IMG/VR virus record: IMGVR_UViG_3300027714_000006
DNA from: an uncultured virus (IMG/VR IMGVR_UViG_3300027714_000006)
Taxonomy: Duplodnaviria > Heunggongvirae > Uroviricota > Caudoviricetes
Length of the DNA stretch: 64,000 nt
Reading direction: 5' to 3' (one strand)
Shown here piece by piece: positions 1-10,864 of the stretch (position 1 is its first letter; each line of letters opens with the position of its first letter). The translations under genes and the position numbers were made by a program. The notes beneath the pieces were generated by a model. The model was given only the letters and a program-made list of their open reading frames with translations. It was not told the DNA's origin and did no database searches.

Positions 1-2
1 AT

Positions 3-3000
3 AACGGGTATGATGATTGGTTTGCTCCAAGTTATAACGAATGGTTAAAATTATGGTTTAATATAGGTCCAGGACAAGCTCTATTATCTCCATTGTATAA
101 TTTAGCCGACTTAGACGACTTAAAACCTTTTTCAGGTTCAACAGACCAACCACCAATATGGATTACTTCTAGTGAACATCCAGCCAACCCAGTATACGAT
201 ACAATTGCTATTGGACTCCCAACTACGTGGGGTACAACAATGCAGGTACTGCAGAAGAATTTCCTATTTATGTGGTTAAGACCTGTTAGGTCATATAATT
301 ACGCAACTTGTTCTGGATATACAACTACTGATTTATCTACTGTACCAATAGGTAATACATGGTTTGACCCATTATCTGGACAATGTTATGAAAGAATAGC
401 GTACCCAGGACCAACAAATTATAACGTCAATGTACCACTAAATGGACCTTATGATGATTGTGAGTGTTGTGAGATAACTCATAAGATAGTAGATGATTGT
501 GTTACAACTACTACAACAATATGGGACCCACCAAAAACAACCACCACAACAACTAATAGACCTACCACAACAACTACTACTCGTCCTCATATTTGTTATG
601 GTATTAAACCTTGTTGTTGTTTAACTGGACAAACATATAGTATAGGTGATACGGGACCAGCGGGTGGTGTTGTCTTCTATCATGATGGTCAAGGGAATTA
701 TTTGGAAGCTTCACCATATGATGTAAATTTATCTAACTATGATTTACCCCAAAATATAATAGCCGCAAACGCGACTGATTCAGCACATACATTTACAATG
801 TGGGGATGTATGAACCTTTATGTTAGTGGAACTTCAAGAGAAATATTCGCGGGTAGTGACAACACATCAAAAATAAATAATGCTTGTACACCAGACATTT
901 ACGGTTACCCGTGTTGTCCTTCATGTACTACTGATGTTAATTGGGCTAGAACAAACCCTTGTAGTGGTAATACAGTACCTTTTACATATGATTGTAAAGA
1001 TAAAAAGGCTGATGCTGGTGGTGGTTATTTGGATTGTACAAAAGAATACATAGGTAATAGTGTTTGGCCAAACCCTGGAAGTAATTTAGACGCTTCTAAT
1101 ATAACTCTTCATAGTGCAGCTCACATATGTTCTACATTCTCATTTAGTGGATACACAGATTGGTACTTACCTACCATTAAAGAAATGAATGAAATGTATA
1201 ATGGACTTGTTGGTTCTACTGGGGGTCAAACTATTGGTTTAGAAAACCCTCTAGCCGCAGGACCACCAAACGAAACTTTTTACTCTACATATAATTTTGC
1301 TGAAGGTGGGTATTACTGGACTTCTAGTGAATGTGATGCCAGTAGGGCGGAATACTTCCCAATGTTTAATGGGTTTAATAATATACATTTAAGTTTAGGT
1401 ATGTCTAATGGACCTAACTACCCTACAGGTACACCATGTTCGGGTAGAGACTCCATATTCCCTGAGTTATTTAGTTCAGAATTACATAGTAAATCTCTCA
1501 TACCTTACCCAGACATAAATAATAATATTATACAAGGTAGCCCAAAATATATTAGACCTGTTAGAAAGTTTACAACCACTAATGAAACTTGTTCTGGTTG
1601 TACTAAAACAGATTTAAGTTTTATGCCTATCGGTCAAGTGTTTTATGATGTGGGGACTAATATGTGTTATGAGAGAATAGAAATACCAGGACCGGACCTT
1701 TACAATATAAGTGTAGTGCCAAGTATATTCTACCAAGATTGTTTTTCTATTGGTGGATGTTTAGATACCCACCATATTGTATGTACGACAACCACAGTCC
1801 CACCAACAACAACCACAACAACAGCATGGTCAGCTACTACAACAACCTCAACAGTCCCACCAACCACAACAACCACAACATGTCAAGGTTTATCAGCTTG
1901 TTGTAAAACAAATAATATTGTGTTTGCTAGGTGGTGTGGTGATTTAACTAATCCAGCTTCAGGTTTAACTTCTTATAATGCTTTCTACGATACTCTTACA
2001 AATGAATGTTGGGAAACAATAGGTAGAGAACAGGGCCCAATAATTAGTATAAATTACCCACCTATACCACTTTATAGTTGTGCCGCGTGTGAGATTCCTT
2101 GTACTACAACCACTACTACCGTATGTCTACCTTTCGCGTTATCTGCTTGTTGTGAAGAGTATGTGTTCTCATTAACAGCTGATTGTAATACGATATTATC
2201 GTATCCAAATGACCAAACCGACATATTAGTAGGTCAAGGACTTTTGGGTACAATTAACGGGGTTCCTGGGTGTTATGTTGTTGTTCCAAGTGAACCGTCA
2301 GCACCAGTAGTTCCGGCTGGATTTACATATCAGTTTTGGTGTACTAATAGTGTCGCGGCAGGGGACCCACCTTGTATATGTTCAGGTTGTACGGAGACTA
2401 ATTTTAGTTGGTCTGTCCCTTGTCCCTCAACTACAACCACTACAACGAAAAGGTGTGCAGATTGTTTCTGTTTATCTGGTGTTTCTCACTTAGAAATATT
2501 TTACACTGGTACATCTACAAGTGTAGAGGATGATGTATGTTTAACATCAGCCGATGGTACGTACTGTTTAGATGAAATACAAGGAGGTAGTGCACCTGAT
2601 TATATCTACGTAAATCAAAATAACGCACCTGGTATTGGACACTACCAGATAGTTCCATTCCAATATGTGAATATACCACCACTTGAAATAGCATCGTGGG
2701 TAGTACAATGGTGTGATAATATTAACTGTGTTGGTGGTAACAACCCATACCAAATAGCCACAGCTTCAACTATTGTTAACACGTCTATACCGGCAAGTAA
2801 CCCAGCATGGGATTTAGGACAGACAGTATGGGAATATATAGACAACCAAATAGGACCTATATCGGTAAATCCTCGTAACGTTGATAAACAAGACCCATGT
2901 TACAATTATTCAGGTACAAGTCATACTGGTTGTTGTACGACATACGGACTATTAACATGTTGTTATGACCCAACTAACCCATATTGGGGGGAAAACCTAT

Positions 3001-4895
3001 GTTGTAATAAAAATCAAGTGTATTATAATACCGTATACGACATACCTAGTTTAGTTAGTGGTACCACAGGTAACCCAAGTATAGTACCAATAGATACTAT
3101 ACACACACCATGTCCTAATATGTGTCTTACTATTGTTGACGAAGCTATCCATACCTACGAACCAGTAGTGGGAGCACCTATGTTAACTTTAAATAACATA
3201 GATGATGTTTGGACAACGGATTATCCTTACGCTTGTATGATTTGTAGAGAAATGTACCAACCTTGTAGTTGTCCAACAACAACAACAACCACGGTACCAC
3301 CAACCACAACAACCACAACAGGACCAGTAACTACAACTACCACATCTTCTGGCCCATTAGGTTTAGAAAATTGTTGCGACCCTACCTTACAATTTGTAGC
3401 CGCAGGGACACTCTATACGATTCTAGCGGGGATGAATTTGGGTGACGCGTTTTATAGTACTATAATGCCATCCGATTATACTGGTTGTTGGAAAATAATA
3501 AATAACCCGGTTGGTATAATACAAACTAATATGTTTGCACCTTCTTTTGTATCATCATCATGTGCAGAATTAAATACAAATACCAATTACACTTTGTGTT
3601 GTCCAGTAACAACGACAACTACAATACCGGTATCCACAACTACTACAACACCATCCCCAACCTTAGGTGTTAGACAATGTTGTCCACCTTATGATGAGTA
3701 TATAGCTACAGGTGTGATATTAACTTGGTTAAACAGTAATTTAATATTAGGTGACGTAGTATATGGTAATATTATTACAGCACCATTCTCACTTCAAGAA
3801 GGGTGTTGGGAGTTCGTCTCAAACGTGAGTGGTCCAGGTGTAGCTGTTTCCATAACACCAGTTAATATCTACTCATCTCTTGTTTATCAGGACCCTTGTA
3901 ATATATGTGTACTTGATGAGGAAGCTCCCTGTACTACCACAACTACAATAGGTGGTACAATAGGTGTTGAGTCTTGTTGTATGGACCCAGTAACTGGGGC
4001 ATTTGACCAATATGTAGCGTTAGGAGCATTTGAAGTGTATCTTAATGGTCTAATCGTTGGTCAAGCGTTTAGTACCCAATTGGTAGATACTACTGGACTC
4101 ATTATAAGGGGATGTTTTAAAGTTATAAATAACCCTATTGGTTTGTCGGTATCAACTTTTACTACACCAGGAATAGTGTATAGTGATTGTTATACCTTAG
4201 ACCAAGCACTCCCATTAGGGTGTTGTGCCCCACTACCAACCACCACAACCACTACAACCCAAGAAGTACAATATGTAAAGCATTGTTGTACTGGGGATGT
4301 TTATGAATTAGTAGGTGACCCTGGTGCTGTATCTGGAGTTGCTGGATTGAACAATGACGATACCTTTAGATTGGTGGTTAGTGGTGGTCAATTTGACGGT
4401 ATGGCTTGTTGTTTCCATAAATGTGTTGGTTGTGCACCTATTGTAGGGACAATTAGTGGTACATTCTTATTCCCTATTTGGCCAGCCGGGTTGACAGACC
4501 AGTGTGACACATGTGAAGACAAAGGACAATCAGTCGGGTGTTGCCCAACCACAACAACAACAACTGTAAATGTAACTGGTAGAGGTTTGGAAGAGTGTTG
4601 TTCTGATACGAACGGAGTATTCCAACAATACGTAGCAATTGGAACACTACTTACTGATATAAATGGTTTAAGTTTAGGTTCCTCACACTTATTTATTATC
4701 AGTGGTGTACCGGTTTGTGCAAGAATAATAAATAGCCCAACCGGACCAACAGTGACAGGGGCCGTACTACTATCACCACCAGCACCAACACCGTGTGCTG
4801 GTCTCCAAGCTTGGTTACCTTATCAGAACCAAGACCCGACACTAAGGATACCATGTTGTCCAGTAACAACGACAACTACATGTACGCCTATTTAA
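3..4895 (+). CDS. Giant Cys-rich/poly-Thr modular protein (5'-truncated by window) with two DUF1566/Lcl-like domains; probable virion appendage protein
   Basis: The frame of ORF 93..4895 is open back to position 3 (NGYDDWFAPSYNEWLKLW...), so the true start lies upstream of the window. It has repeated GLExCC...C..C modules separated by TTTTT linkers. DUF1566-type motifs are IGDTGPAGGVVFY, GYTDWYLPTIKEM, YYWTSSE and IRPVRKF. Confidence 0.75.
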   Translation, partial: NGYDDWFAPSYNEWLKLWFNIGPGQALLSPLYNLADLDDLKPFSGSTDQPPIWITSSEHPANPVYDTIAIGLPTTWGTTMQVLQKNFLFMWLRPVRSYNYATCSGYTTTDLSTVPIGNTWFDPLSGQCYERIAYPGPTNYNVNVPLNGPYDDCECCEITHKIVDDCVTTTTTIWDPPKTTTTTTNRPTTTTTTRPHICYGIKPCCCLTGQTYSIGDTGPAGGVVFYHDGQGNYLEASPYDVNLSNYDLPQNIIAANATDSAHTFTMWGCMNLYVSGTSREIFAGSDNTSKINNACTPDIYGYPCCPSCTTDVNWARTNPCSGNTVPFTYDCKDKKADAGGGYLDCTKEYIGNSVWPNPGSNLDASNITLHSAAHICSTFSFSGYTDWYLPTIKEMNEMYNGLVGSTGGQTIGLENPLAAGPPNETFYSTYNFAEGGYYWTSSECDASRAEYFPMFNGFNNIHLSLGMSNGPNYPTGTPCSGRDSIFPELFSSELHSKSLIPYPDINNNIIQGSPKYIRPVRKFTTTNETCSGCTKTDLSFMPIGQVFYDVGTNMCYERIEIPGPDLYNISVVPSIFYQDCFSIGGCLDTHHIVCTTTTVPPTTTTTTAWSATTTTSTVPPTTTTTTCQGLSACCKTNNIVFARWCGDLTNPASGLTSYNAFYDTLTNECWETIGREQGPIISINYPPIPLYSCAACEIPCTTTTTTVCLPFALSACCEEYVFSLTADCNTILSYPNDQTDILVGQGLLGTINGVPGCYVVVPSEPSAPVVPAGFTYQFWCTNSVAAGDPPCICSGCTETNFSWSVPCPSTTTTTTKRCADCFCLSGVSHLEIFYTGTSTSVEDDVCLTSADGTYCLDEIQGGSAPDYIYVNQNNAPGIGHYQIVPFQYVNIPPLEIASWVVQWCDNINCVGGNNPYQIATASTIVNTSIPASNPAWDLGQTVWEYIDNQIGPISVNPRNVDKQDPCYNYSGTSHTGCCTTYGLLTCCYDPTNPYWGENLCCNKNQVYYNTVYDIPSLVSGTTGNPSIVPIDTIHTPCPNMCLTIVDEAIHTYEPVVGAPMLTLNNIDDVWTTDYPYACMICREMYQPCSCPTTTTTTVPPTTTTTTGPVTTTTTSSGPLGLENCCDPTLQFVAAGTLYTILAGMNLGDAFYSTIMPSDYTGCWKIINNPVGIIQTNMFAPSFVSSSCAELNTNTNYTLCCPVTTTTTIPVSTTTTTPSPTLGVRQCCPPYDEYIATGVILTWLNSNLILGDVVYGNIITAPFSLQEGCWEFVSNVSGPGVAVSITPVNIYSSLVYQDPCNICVLDEEAPCTTTTTIGGTIGVESCCMDPVTGAFDQYVALGAFEVYLNGLIVGQAFSTQLVDTTGLIIRGCFKVINNPIGLSVSTFTTPGIVYSDCYTLDQALPLGCCAPLPTTTTTTTQEVQYVKHCCTGDVYELVGDPGAVSGVAGLNNDDTFRLVVSGGQFDGMACCFHKCVGCAPIVGTISGTFLFPIWPAGLTDQCDTCEDKGQSVGCCPTTTTTTVNVTGRGLEECCSDTNGVFQQYVAIGTLLTDINGLSLGSSHLFIISGVPVCARIINSPTGPTVTGAVLLSPPAPTPCAGLQAWLPYQNQDPTLRIPCCPVTTTTTCTPI
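3597..4880 (+). repeat. Exact 27-nt direct repeat at module/linker junctions (3597-3623 and 4854-4880)
   Basis: TGTTGTCCAGTAACAACGACAACTACA at both sites. Confidence 0.85.
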
Positions 4896-4907
4896 TCATG
4901 ATGTGGG

Positions 4908-4914
4908 TATTTAT
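4908..4914 (+). promoter_or_regulatory. Putative late-promoter motif TATTTAT (representative of about 15 copies)
   Basis: Also at 10867, 12829, 15791, 27464(-), 29262, 31155, 34647, 37343, 38073, 39585, 41749, 53687, 58203 and 61943, each shortly upstream of a start codon. Confidence 0.75.
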
Positions 4915-4930
4915 TGTTAAATAATAAACT

Positions 4931-7900
4931 ATGGGATATAAAAAATATAGAGCTTGTTTTACTAGCGAACCTTTTAGTGTACCAGTCCCTTTCGATTGTA
5001 ATATTGGTAAATCCGGTTCGCCTCCAGGAAATACAATAGCTAACAATGAACATTTTCAGAATTATTATTACCAACAAAGTGCAGGGCATCAAATAGTACC
5101 TGGGGACTTTATTAGACTATACTCAACTCCATATCCACAATTTTGGACTTGTTTTGAGTATATAGGGGACTTCGCAACACCAGAAGCTATACATGTTGAA
5201 TATCTTGGTGGTCATTCTTTACAAAATTCTGGTTGGTTTATTGAACCATATGGTGATTGTGATGCGTGTGAAACCCAACCATCCGTTTTCGGACTCAATC
5301 ATTCTTGGCGTTATTGTGATAATTCACTCGCTTTTAATCCAGTACCAGTAGTTCCTACACCAGGGGCCCCGCCTTTAGGTTCATGTTTTTTACCAAATAC
5401 TGATACAAATAATCAGGCATTCCATAACCAGTTAACTGCTGCTATAGGGCCTATAAGTCAGGGTGATGTTATTCAATTATCTGATGGTACATGTATGTAC
5501 TATGAGGGTGACAGTCCCAGACCAACCAGTTATGATATAGATGTAAGTAATAATCCGGGTAGTGGTGATTGGCATACTGGGTATGTTGGAGGACAGTGTG
5601 GAAACACTTTTGGAACACCACCAACAAGAGGACTACTTGGTAGTGTTGTCGATTGTCAACAGTGCCCTATTATCACTATCACTACAACTGGAATACAACC
5701 CCTAACAACTACTACCACAACAGTAGCTCCTATAACCACAACTACAACCACATGTTATAATTGTTGTACCACTACAACTACTGGTGACCCTTGTGTGACA
5801 TGTGGGATAGAAAGTTGTTGTGTGGGTACTGGTGTACCAGTACAATATGGGGCCACAGGTAATTTATTACTATTACTTAATTCACTTAATTGTGATGATA
5901 ATTATGCCTTCCAAATACCAAACTTATTAGTGTCAGGTGGGATAGTACAAAATGAATGTTGGAAACCATTATGTAACCCTATTGTTGGTATACCTGTCGC
6001 TAATATGGTGGAGACCCAATCGGACCTAACATCAAACGGACTAATAAATATGCTAGGTTGTAATGCGTTATCTATAGCACTTATATCAGCTAATGGTATA
6101 CCTTGTTGTCCAGGGCAAACAACCACGTCCACCACGTTACCTGGTCAAACAACCACAACCACTACTAGTACCCCAACCACAACAACCACTACCGGACCAC
6201 TAACAACAACTACAACTACAGTGTGGTACGAATGCATAACACCACCATTAGCAACTATCACTAATGGTTCCTCCTGTGATAGTTTAACCCTAAAACCACA
6301 TGCTTCTATCTCCATTATTGGAGCGTGTGAATATTTAATGGATGAACAAATAAATGGGAATATCCCCATTAATGTAACCTGGGGCAGCTTTTATCATGAA
6401 ACCGGTACTCCACCGAATACCTTGGCAAACCAATGTGTGTCTGTTCCATCAACAAACCCATACGCACAGGGAGGTATGGGTTATAGTAAAGCTACACATA
6501 TTATAACTAACGCTGCAAATGTGCTTTATGTCGGTAGTGGTGCCATCAACAACTGGCAATCGTTTATAGATTATCTTAATAGTATCACACCAGGAGTTTT
6601 TACTTATATCGATTCTAGATTCACGGTTGTTATGTTAATACAACAGGAGTCAAATAACATGTCGGAGTCATGGAATACCTATGGGGGACCTTGTACATGT
6701 AACCAACCACCTTGTTTTTGTCAACCATGTTTCACACCTGGGGTCACACCTTGTATATTTAATGATTTTAGTATTTGTGATATCGCTGCTAACGCAATAC
6801 CATGTTGTCAACCAGTAACAACAACTTCCACAACACCAGGACCAACAACAACCACAACTACGACACTAGCGATAGGTGTGGAACTTTGTTGTCCACCTTA
6901 TGACCAATATATTATCCCTAGTGGTAATTTCTTATATAGTTTAATACAAGGGCTTAGTATTGGTAGTGCTCATATATTCGAGTTGACTTTACCTGACGGT
7001 TCGGTAATACAAACTTGTGCTGAAGTAATCAATAATCCATCACCCATAAATGTAATAAATAATGGGTTTTTGTGGTTATCACCTACTACCGATATGGGTT
7101 GTATTGATTTTAATATCGCTATAGTGGCAGGAACGTATTATTTTCCAGGTATGGAATTAGGGTGTTGTCCTCCAGATGATTGGCACGAATGTATTACACC
7201 ACCACCACTTGTACCCGGTATAGACGCAAACTGGTGTGGGGACCAATTCCCAACAACATACGTTATACCAGCCGGGATTAATGGTGGAAATACACCATAC
7301 CAAAATAGAGTTGAGGCTGTTAACCATATTACCCAGAATTTTGGTGCTGCAGCACTATACATGTTCTATCACTATATAAACCCAACAGCCACACTATCAC
7401 TAGCTGGTTGTGAAAATTTAAGTTTGTTGTATAGTGGTTTAGGTAGACATGAAAAGGTGGGTGAGATACAATTAAGTAATGCTAATATTTCCTACGTCTT
7501 CTCAGGTCAAACAACCACATTATCTACTTGGGCTATGCTTATAACGATTCTAAACGGTATAAACCAAACTAATGGATGGGCTCAAGATTTCGTAACGTCA
7601 GATACTTGGGACCAAGTTATTGTAAGAATGACTAACAATGCCGCTGGAGATACGTTATTAATAAATGTTGTAGAATGTGGTTGCTTTAACCCTTGTTTTT
7701 GTCAACCCTGTGTACCACCTGCATTAAATTGTGTCTATAGTAGTTACGTGTTATGTGATGTAGCAGCTCAAGGAAACCCATGTTGTCTACCAGTAACAAC
7801 AACCACAACAACAATTATTTGTGACAGACTGGGGTTAGAAGATTGTTGTTCACCATACAACCAATATACGGTCACATTGGGTAGTCCTTTATATGTTATA

Positions 7901-10864
7901 ATAGCAAATGCTGCTTACACTCCAGGACAAACGGTTCTTGCGTTGACAGTATCGGACCCTGCAGGGGTTGTCTTCACTTCTTGCTTTAAAATTATAGATA
8001 CCTCTTGCCCAAGTTGGGTAATACTTACGGGTGGTTTTACAACACCACCACTCCCACCCGCCGATTGGACAACAGGTCAACCTAACTGTGTTACCTGTTT
8101 AAGTTGGATTGCTCAATCACCATGGTACTTTCAATGTTCAGTAACAACAACTACAACACAGTGGTGGGAATGTGTTTCGTCACTTACACCAGTTCCAGGT
8201 GTAGACGCGATAGGTTGTGATAGCAGTGATACTGAACTTACACCACCTGGTATTACGACAGTTAATGGACAATACACTAATAATCAAATATATACAGATT
8301 ACTTGGTTGCTACATACGGAACTAGTGAAATCTTCGATAACTATTTCTTTATAAACCCTAGTATTGTTGTCGGTCAAAGTTACATATGTGAAAATACTGG
8401 TTCTTTATATAATGGTGACGGGTATTATTATAAAATTAACGGTTTTGTTTCATCCGCATCAAATGGGTCATATTTTTTATCAGGACCAGTAACAATTAAC
8501 GCTCATTGGGAAATGTTAATAGACGCGTTAAATGTAATAAACACAACTAATTCATGGCCTCAAGATTTTCTTTATAGTGACCACTGGAGTCAAGTGATAG
8601 GAAAAATGCACAATAATGCACCTAACGATATGTTATCTTGGGCTGGACGTTTGTGTCTTTGTACGGTTAATTGTTTTTGTCAACCCTGTAGTTCAGGACC
8701 TAACTGTATTTACCAATACGAACCAGATTGTCTGGTATCAGCGAACGCTACACCATGTTGTGAAACAACAACATACTCACCACCAACAACAACTACAACT
8801 ACTAGTGCTTTAGTTGGTCTTAAATTGTGTTGTGACCCTTATACGGAATATGAGGTAATTTATAATAGTTCACTTTATAACCTTATAGACTATAGTCTTC
8901 CACCATTTACTAGAGCTTTTGTAATGACAATAACATTACCTAATGGGACGGACCTTACAGCTTGTATGGAGATGGATATGAATATACCTTTATCTTCCCC
9001 TCAAGTACAAACGGGTCAGTTTGAATGGCTTTTTAGTCCTACGGTATACTCAAATGACTGTACTGATTTAAATGGTAACACACAACTTTACAACGGTTAT
9101 GGTTTCCCAGACCTTTTAAATGGTTGTTGTCCAGCTACCACAACCACAACCTCATCAAGTTTGTTAGGGCTAGAAGAATGTTGTTACCCTTTTACTCAGT
9201 ATGTGGTCACAGGTAACCTATTAGCGTTTATTCAAAGTTACAATATAGGCCAAGCCTTTTATGGTAGTTTAAGTAGTGCTTCGGTAACTACACCTAATCT
9301 TTGTTGGAATATCATAACTAACCCTAGTGGTCTTATAGTTGATACCGCGGTAGGATACTCAATGCAGAATGACTGTATCGAGTTAGATGCTTTCCTTGGT
9401 AATAATAATTTAGGTACTTGTTGCCCAACTACCACAACCACCACGTCACCAACAACAACCACCACAACCACAGCTCTATGTGATTCTTGTGGTGTATTAT
9501 TTGTAGATGGTTCAAATCCACCAGGCATTTACAATTATAACCATACGACAAATCAGACTAATTTATTATTTACAGCGACACAAAATCTAGGCTATAGTGC
9601 AGATATAGCAAGGTATGGTAATCTAATATGGGTATATTATAGTATAAAAATTCAAGAATATATTATAGACCCCGTTACTTGTAATGTTACATGGAACAGA
9701 GAGATTACGACTCCAGCTCAAATAGGTAATGGTTTAACGGCTATAGATTCTACTACTTTAATTGGGGGTAGTTCTTGGAACGCTACACCATGTATGGGGG
9801 ATATATGTAGCATAGATATAACCACCAATACAGCTGTACTATCTAGTTCTATAGCTTTAACAGGGAGTGATGTTGTTCAGGGGGATATATTATACTTAGC
9901 GGGGAGTAATACATTAATAGTCGCTTTAGCAACTAGTACAGGAAGTGAATTAGCTTATTATGATTTGAATACTGGTGTTCTATTAGGTACGGTTAATATG
10001 GGTGGGGTTGTAACCTTTGGGTTATATTGTTATAACCAAAACATTTATGGTGTTACCCAAGACAAAGACATTTATCCTATATATGTAACTTCTAGTTCAA
10101 TAAGTGCTGGTTCATCACTCCAGACCGTACCTAACCCACCACTATGGGTTTGGGGTGCAGCTTCAGACCCAGACTGTTGTTTAGGTAATACCACCACAAC
10201 CACATCAGTTGCAGTGGTATTAGGTATTAGAATGTGTTGTGCACCATATAAACACTATACCGCAACAGGGTCACTACTAACATACATCCAAGGACTGAAT
10301 GTGGGAGATACCTTTGCGGGTACCTTCAATATTCCTGTGGTTGGAGATAAAATTCTTTGTGTGGAGGTTATAGGTAATGCTACTACTTTAGTTAACGTTA
10401 ATAGTTTTGTTACTATCTGTAACCCTTCTCCCCATTCTTGTAGCCAGTTAAGTGCCCATTTAATCAGTTATAACCCACCAGGTCATGGTTATACTGAGTT
10501 AGCAGAGGGATGTTGTCCAGGTACCACAACCACCACAACTGAACCAGTATCTAGTAATCTTTTAATTAGAGCGTGTTGTCCAAAACTAGGTACTCTTTAT
10601 TACCAGGAATATAAACCTACTACGGGGAGTAATTTAGAAAATTTATTAACTTCATTTGTGGTTGGTACGGTAATAGAATTAATCTTATTACCGGTAGGTG
10701 GTAGTGCATTACAATCACAATGTTACCAAGTTATACCTACCTCTATGTCATACCTAGATACAGACGGGTATACTACGTTAAACCAAACATGGGCAAATTG
10801 TACTGAATGTAATGCTGGGTTGTTGGTGCCAATTCCAGCTAGCTGCCAAAGTCTACCGTTCTAA
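4931..10864 (+). CDS. Giant (1977 aa) Cys-rich/poly-Thr modular protein; probable virion appendage/adhesin
   Basis: ORF preceded by TATTTAT (4908) with no signal peptide. It contains repeated GxExCCxPYxxY modules, three WxEC...CFCQPC...PCC modules and a beta-propeller-like block at about 9480-10180. Confidence 0.75.
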   Translation: MGYKKYRACFTSEPFSVPVPFDCNIGKSGSPPGNTIANNEHFQNYYYQQSAGHQIVPGDFIRLYSTPYPQFWTCFEYIGDFATPEAIHVEYLGGHSLQNSGWFIEPYGDCDACETQPSVFGLNHSWRYCDNSLAFNPVPVVPTPGAPPLGSCFLPNTDTNNQAFHNQLTAAIGPISQGDVIQLSDGTCMYYEGDSPRPTSYDIDVSNNPGSGDWHTGYVGGQCGNTFGTPPTRGLLGSVVDCQQCPIITITTTGIQPLTTTTTTVAPITTTTTTCYNCCTTTTTGDPCVTCGIESCCVGTGVPVQYGATGNLLLLLNSLNCDDNYAFQIPNLLVSGGIVQNECWKPLCNPIVGIPVANMVETQSDLTSNGLINMLGCNALSIALISANGIPCCPGQTTTSTTLPGQTTTTTTSTPTTTTTTGPLTTTTTTVWYECITPPLATITNGSSCDSLTLKPHASISIIGACEYLMDEQINGNIPINVTWGSFYHETGTPPNTLANQCVSVPSTNPYAQGGMGYSKATHIITNAANVLYVGSGAINNWQSFIDYLNSITPGVFTYIDSRFTVVMLIQQESNNMSESWNTYGGPCTCNQPPCFCQPCFTPGVTPCIFNDFSICDIAANAIPCCQPVTTTSTTPGPTTTTTTTLAIGVELCCPPYDQYIIPSGNFLYSLIQGLSIGSAHIFELTLPDGSVIQTCAEVINNPSPINVINNGFLWLSPTTDMGCIDFNIAIVAGTYYFPGMELGCCPPDDWHECITPPPLVPGIDANWCGDQFPTTYVIPAGINGGNTPYQNRVEAVNHITQNFGAAALYMFYHYINPTATLSLAGCENLSLLYSGLGRHEKVGEIQLSNANISYVFSGQTTTLSTWAMLITILNGINQTNGWAQDFVTSDTWDQVIVRMTNNAAGDTLLINVVECGCFNPCFCQPCVPPALNCVYSSYVLCDVAAQGNPCCLPVTTTTTTIICDRLGLEDCCSPYNQYTVTLGSPLYVIIANAAYTPGQTVLALTVSDPAGVVFTSCFKIIDTSCPSWVILTGGFTTPPLPPADWTTGQPNCVTCLSWIAQSPWYFQCSVTTTTTQWWECVSSLTPVPGVDAIGCDSSDTELTPPGITTVNGQYTNNQIYTDYLVATYGTSEIFDNYFFINPSIVVGQSYICENTGSLYNGDGYYYKINGFVSSASNGSYFLSGPVTINAHWEMLIDALNVINTTNSWPQDFLYSDHWSQVIGKMHNNAPNDMLSWAGRLCLCTVNCFCQPCSSGPNCIYQYEPDCLVSANATPCCETTTYSPPTTTTTTSALVGLKLCCDPYTEYEVIYNSSLYNLIDYSLPPFTRAFVMTITLPNGTDLTACMEMDMNIPLSSPQVQTGQFEWLFSPTVYSNDCTDLNGNTQLYNGYGFPDLLNGCCPATTTTTSSSLLGLEECCYPFTQYVVTGNLLAFIQSYNIGQAFYGSLSSASVTTPNLCWNIITNPSGLIVDTAVGYSMQNDCIELDAFLGNNNLGTCCPTTTTTTSPTTTTTTTALCDSCGVLFVDGSNPPGIYNYNHTTNQTNLLFTATQNLGYSADIARYGNLIWVYYSIKIQEYIIDPVTCNVTWNREITTPAQIGNGLTAIDSTTLIGGSSWNATPCMGDICSIDITTNTAVLSSSIALTGSDVVQGDILYLAGSNTLIVALATSTGSELAYYDLNTGVLLGTVNMGGVVTFGLYCYNQNIYGVTQDKDIYPIYVTSSSISAGSSLQTVPNPPLWVWGAASDPDCCLGNTTTTTSVAVVLGIRMCCAPYKHYTATGSLLTYIQGLNVGDTFAGTFNIPVVGDKILCVEVIGNATTLVNVNSFVTICNPSPHSCSQLSAHLISYNPPGHGYTELAEGCCPGTTTTTTEPVSSNLLIRACCPKLGTLYYQEYKPTTGSNLENLLTSFVVGTVIELILLPVGGSALQSQCYQVIPTSMSYLDTDGYTTLNQTWANCTECNAGLLVPIPASCQSLPF

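Noticed and set aside
3..1571. Complete diversity-generating retroelement
   Set aside because: No reverse transcriptase or adenine-variant template repeat was seen in the window.
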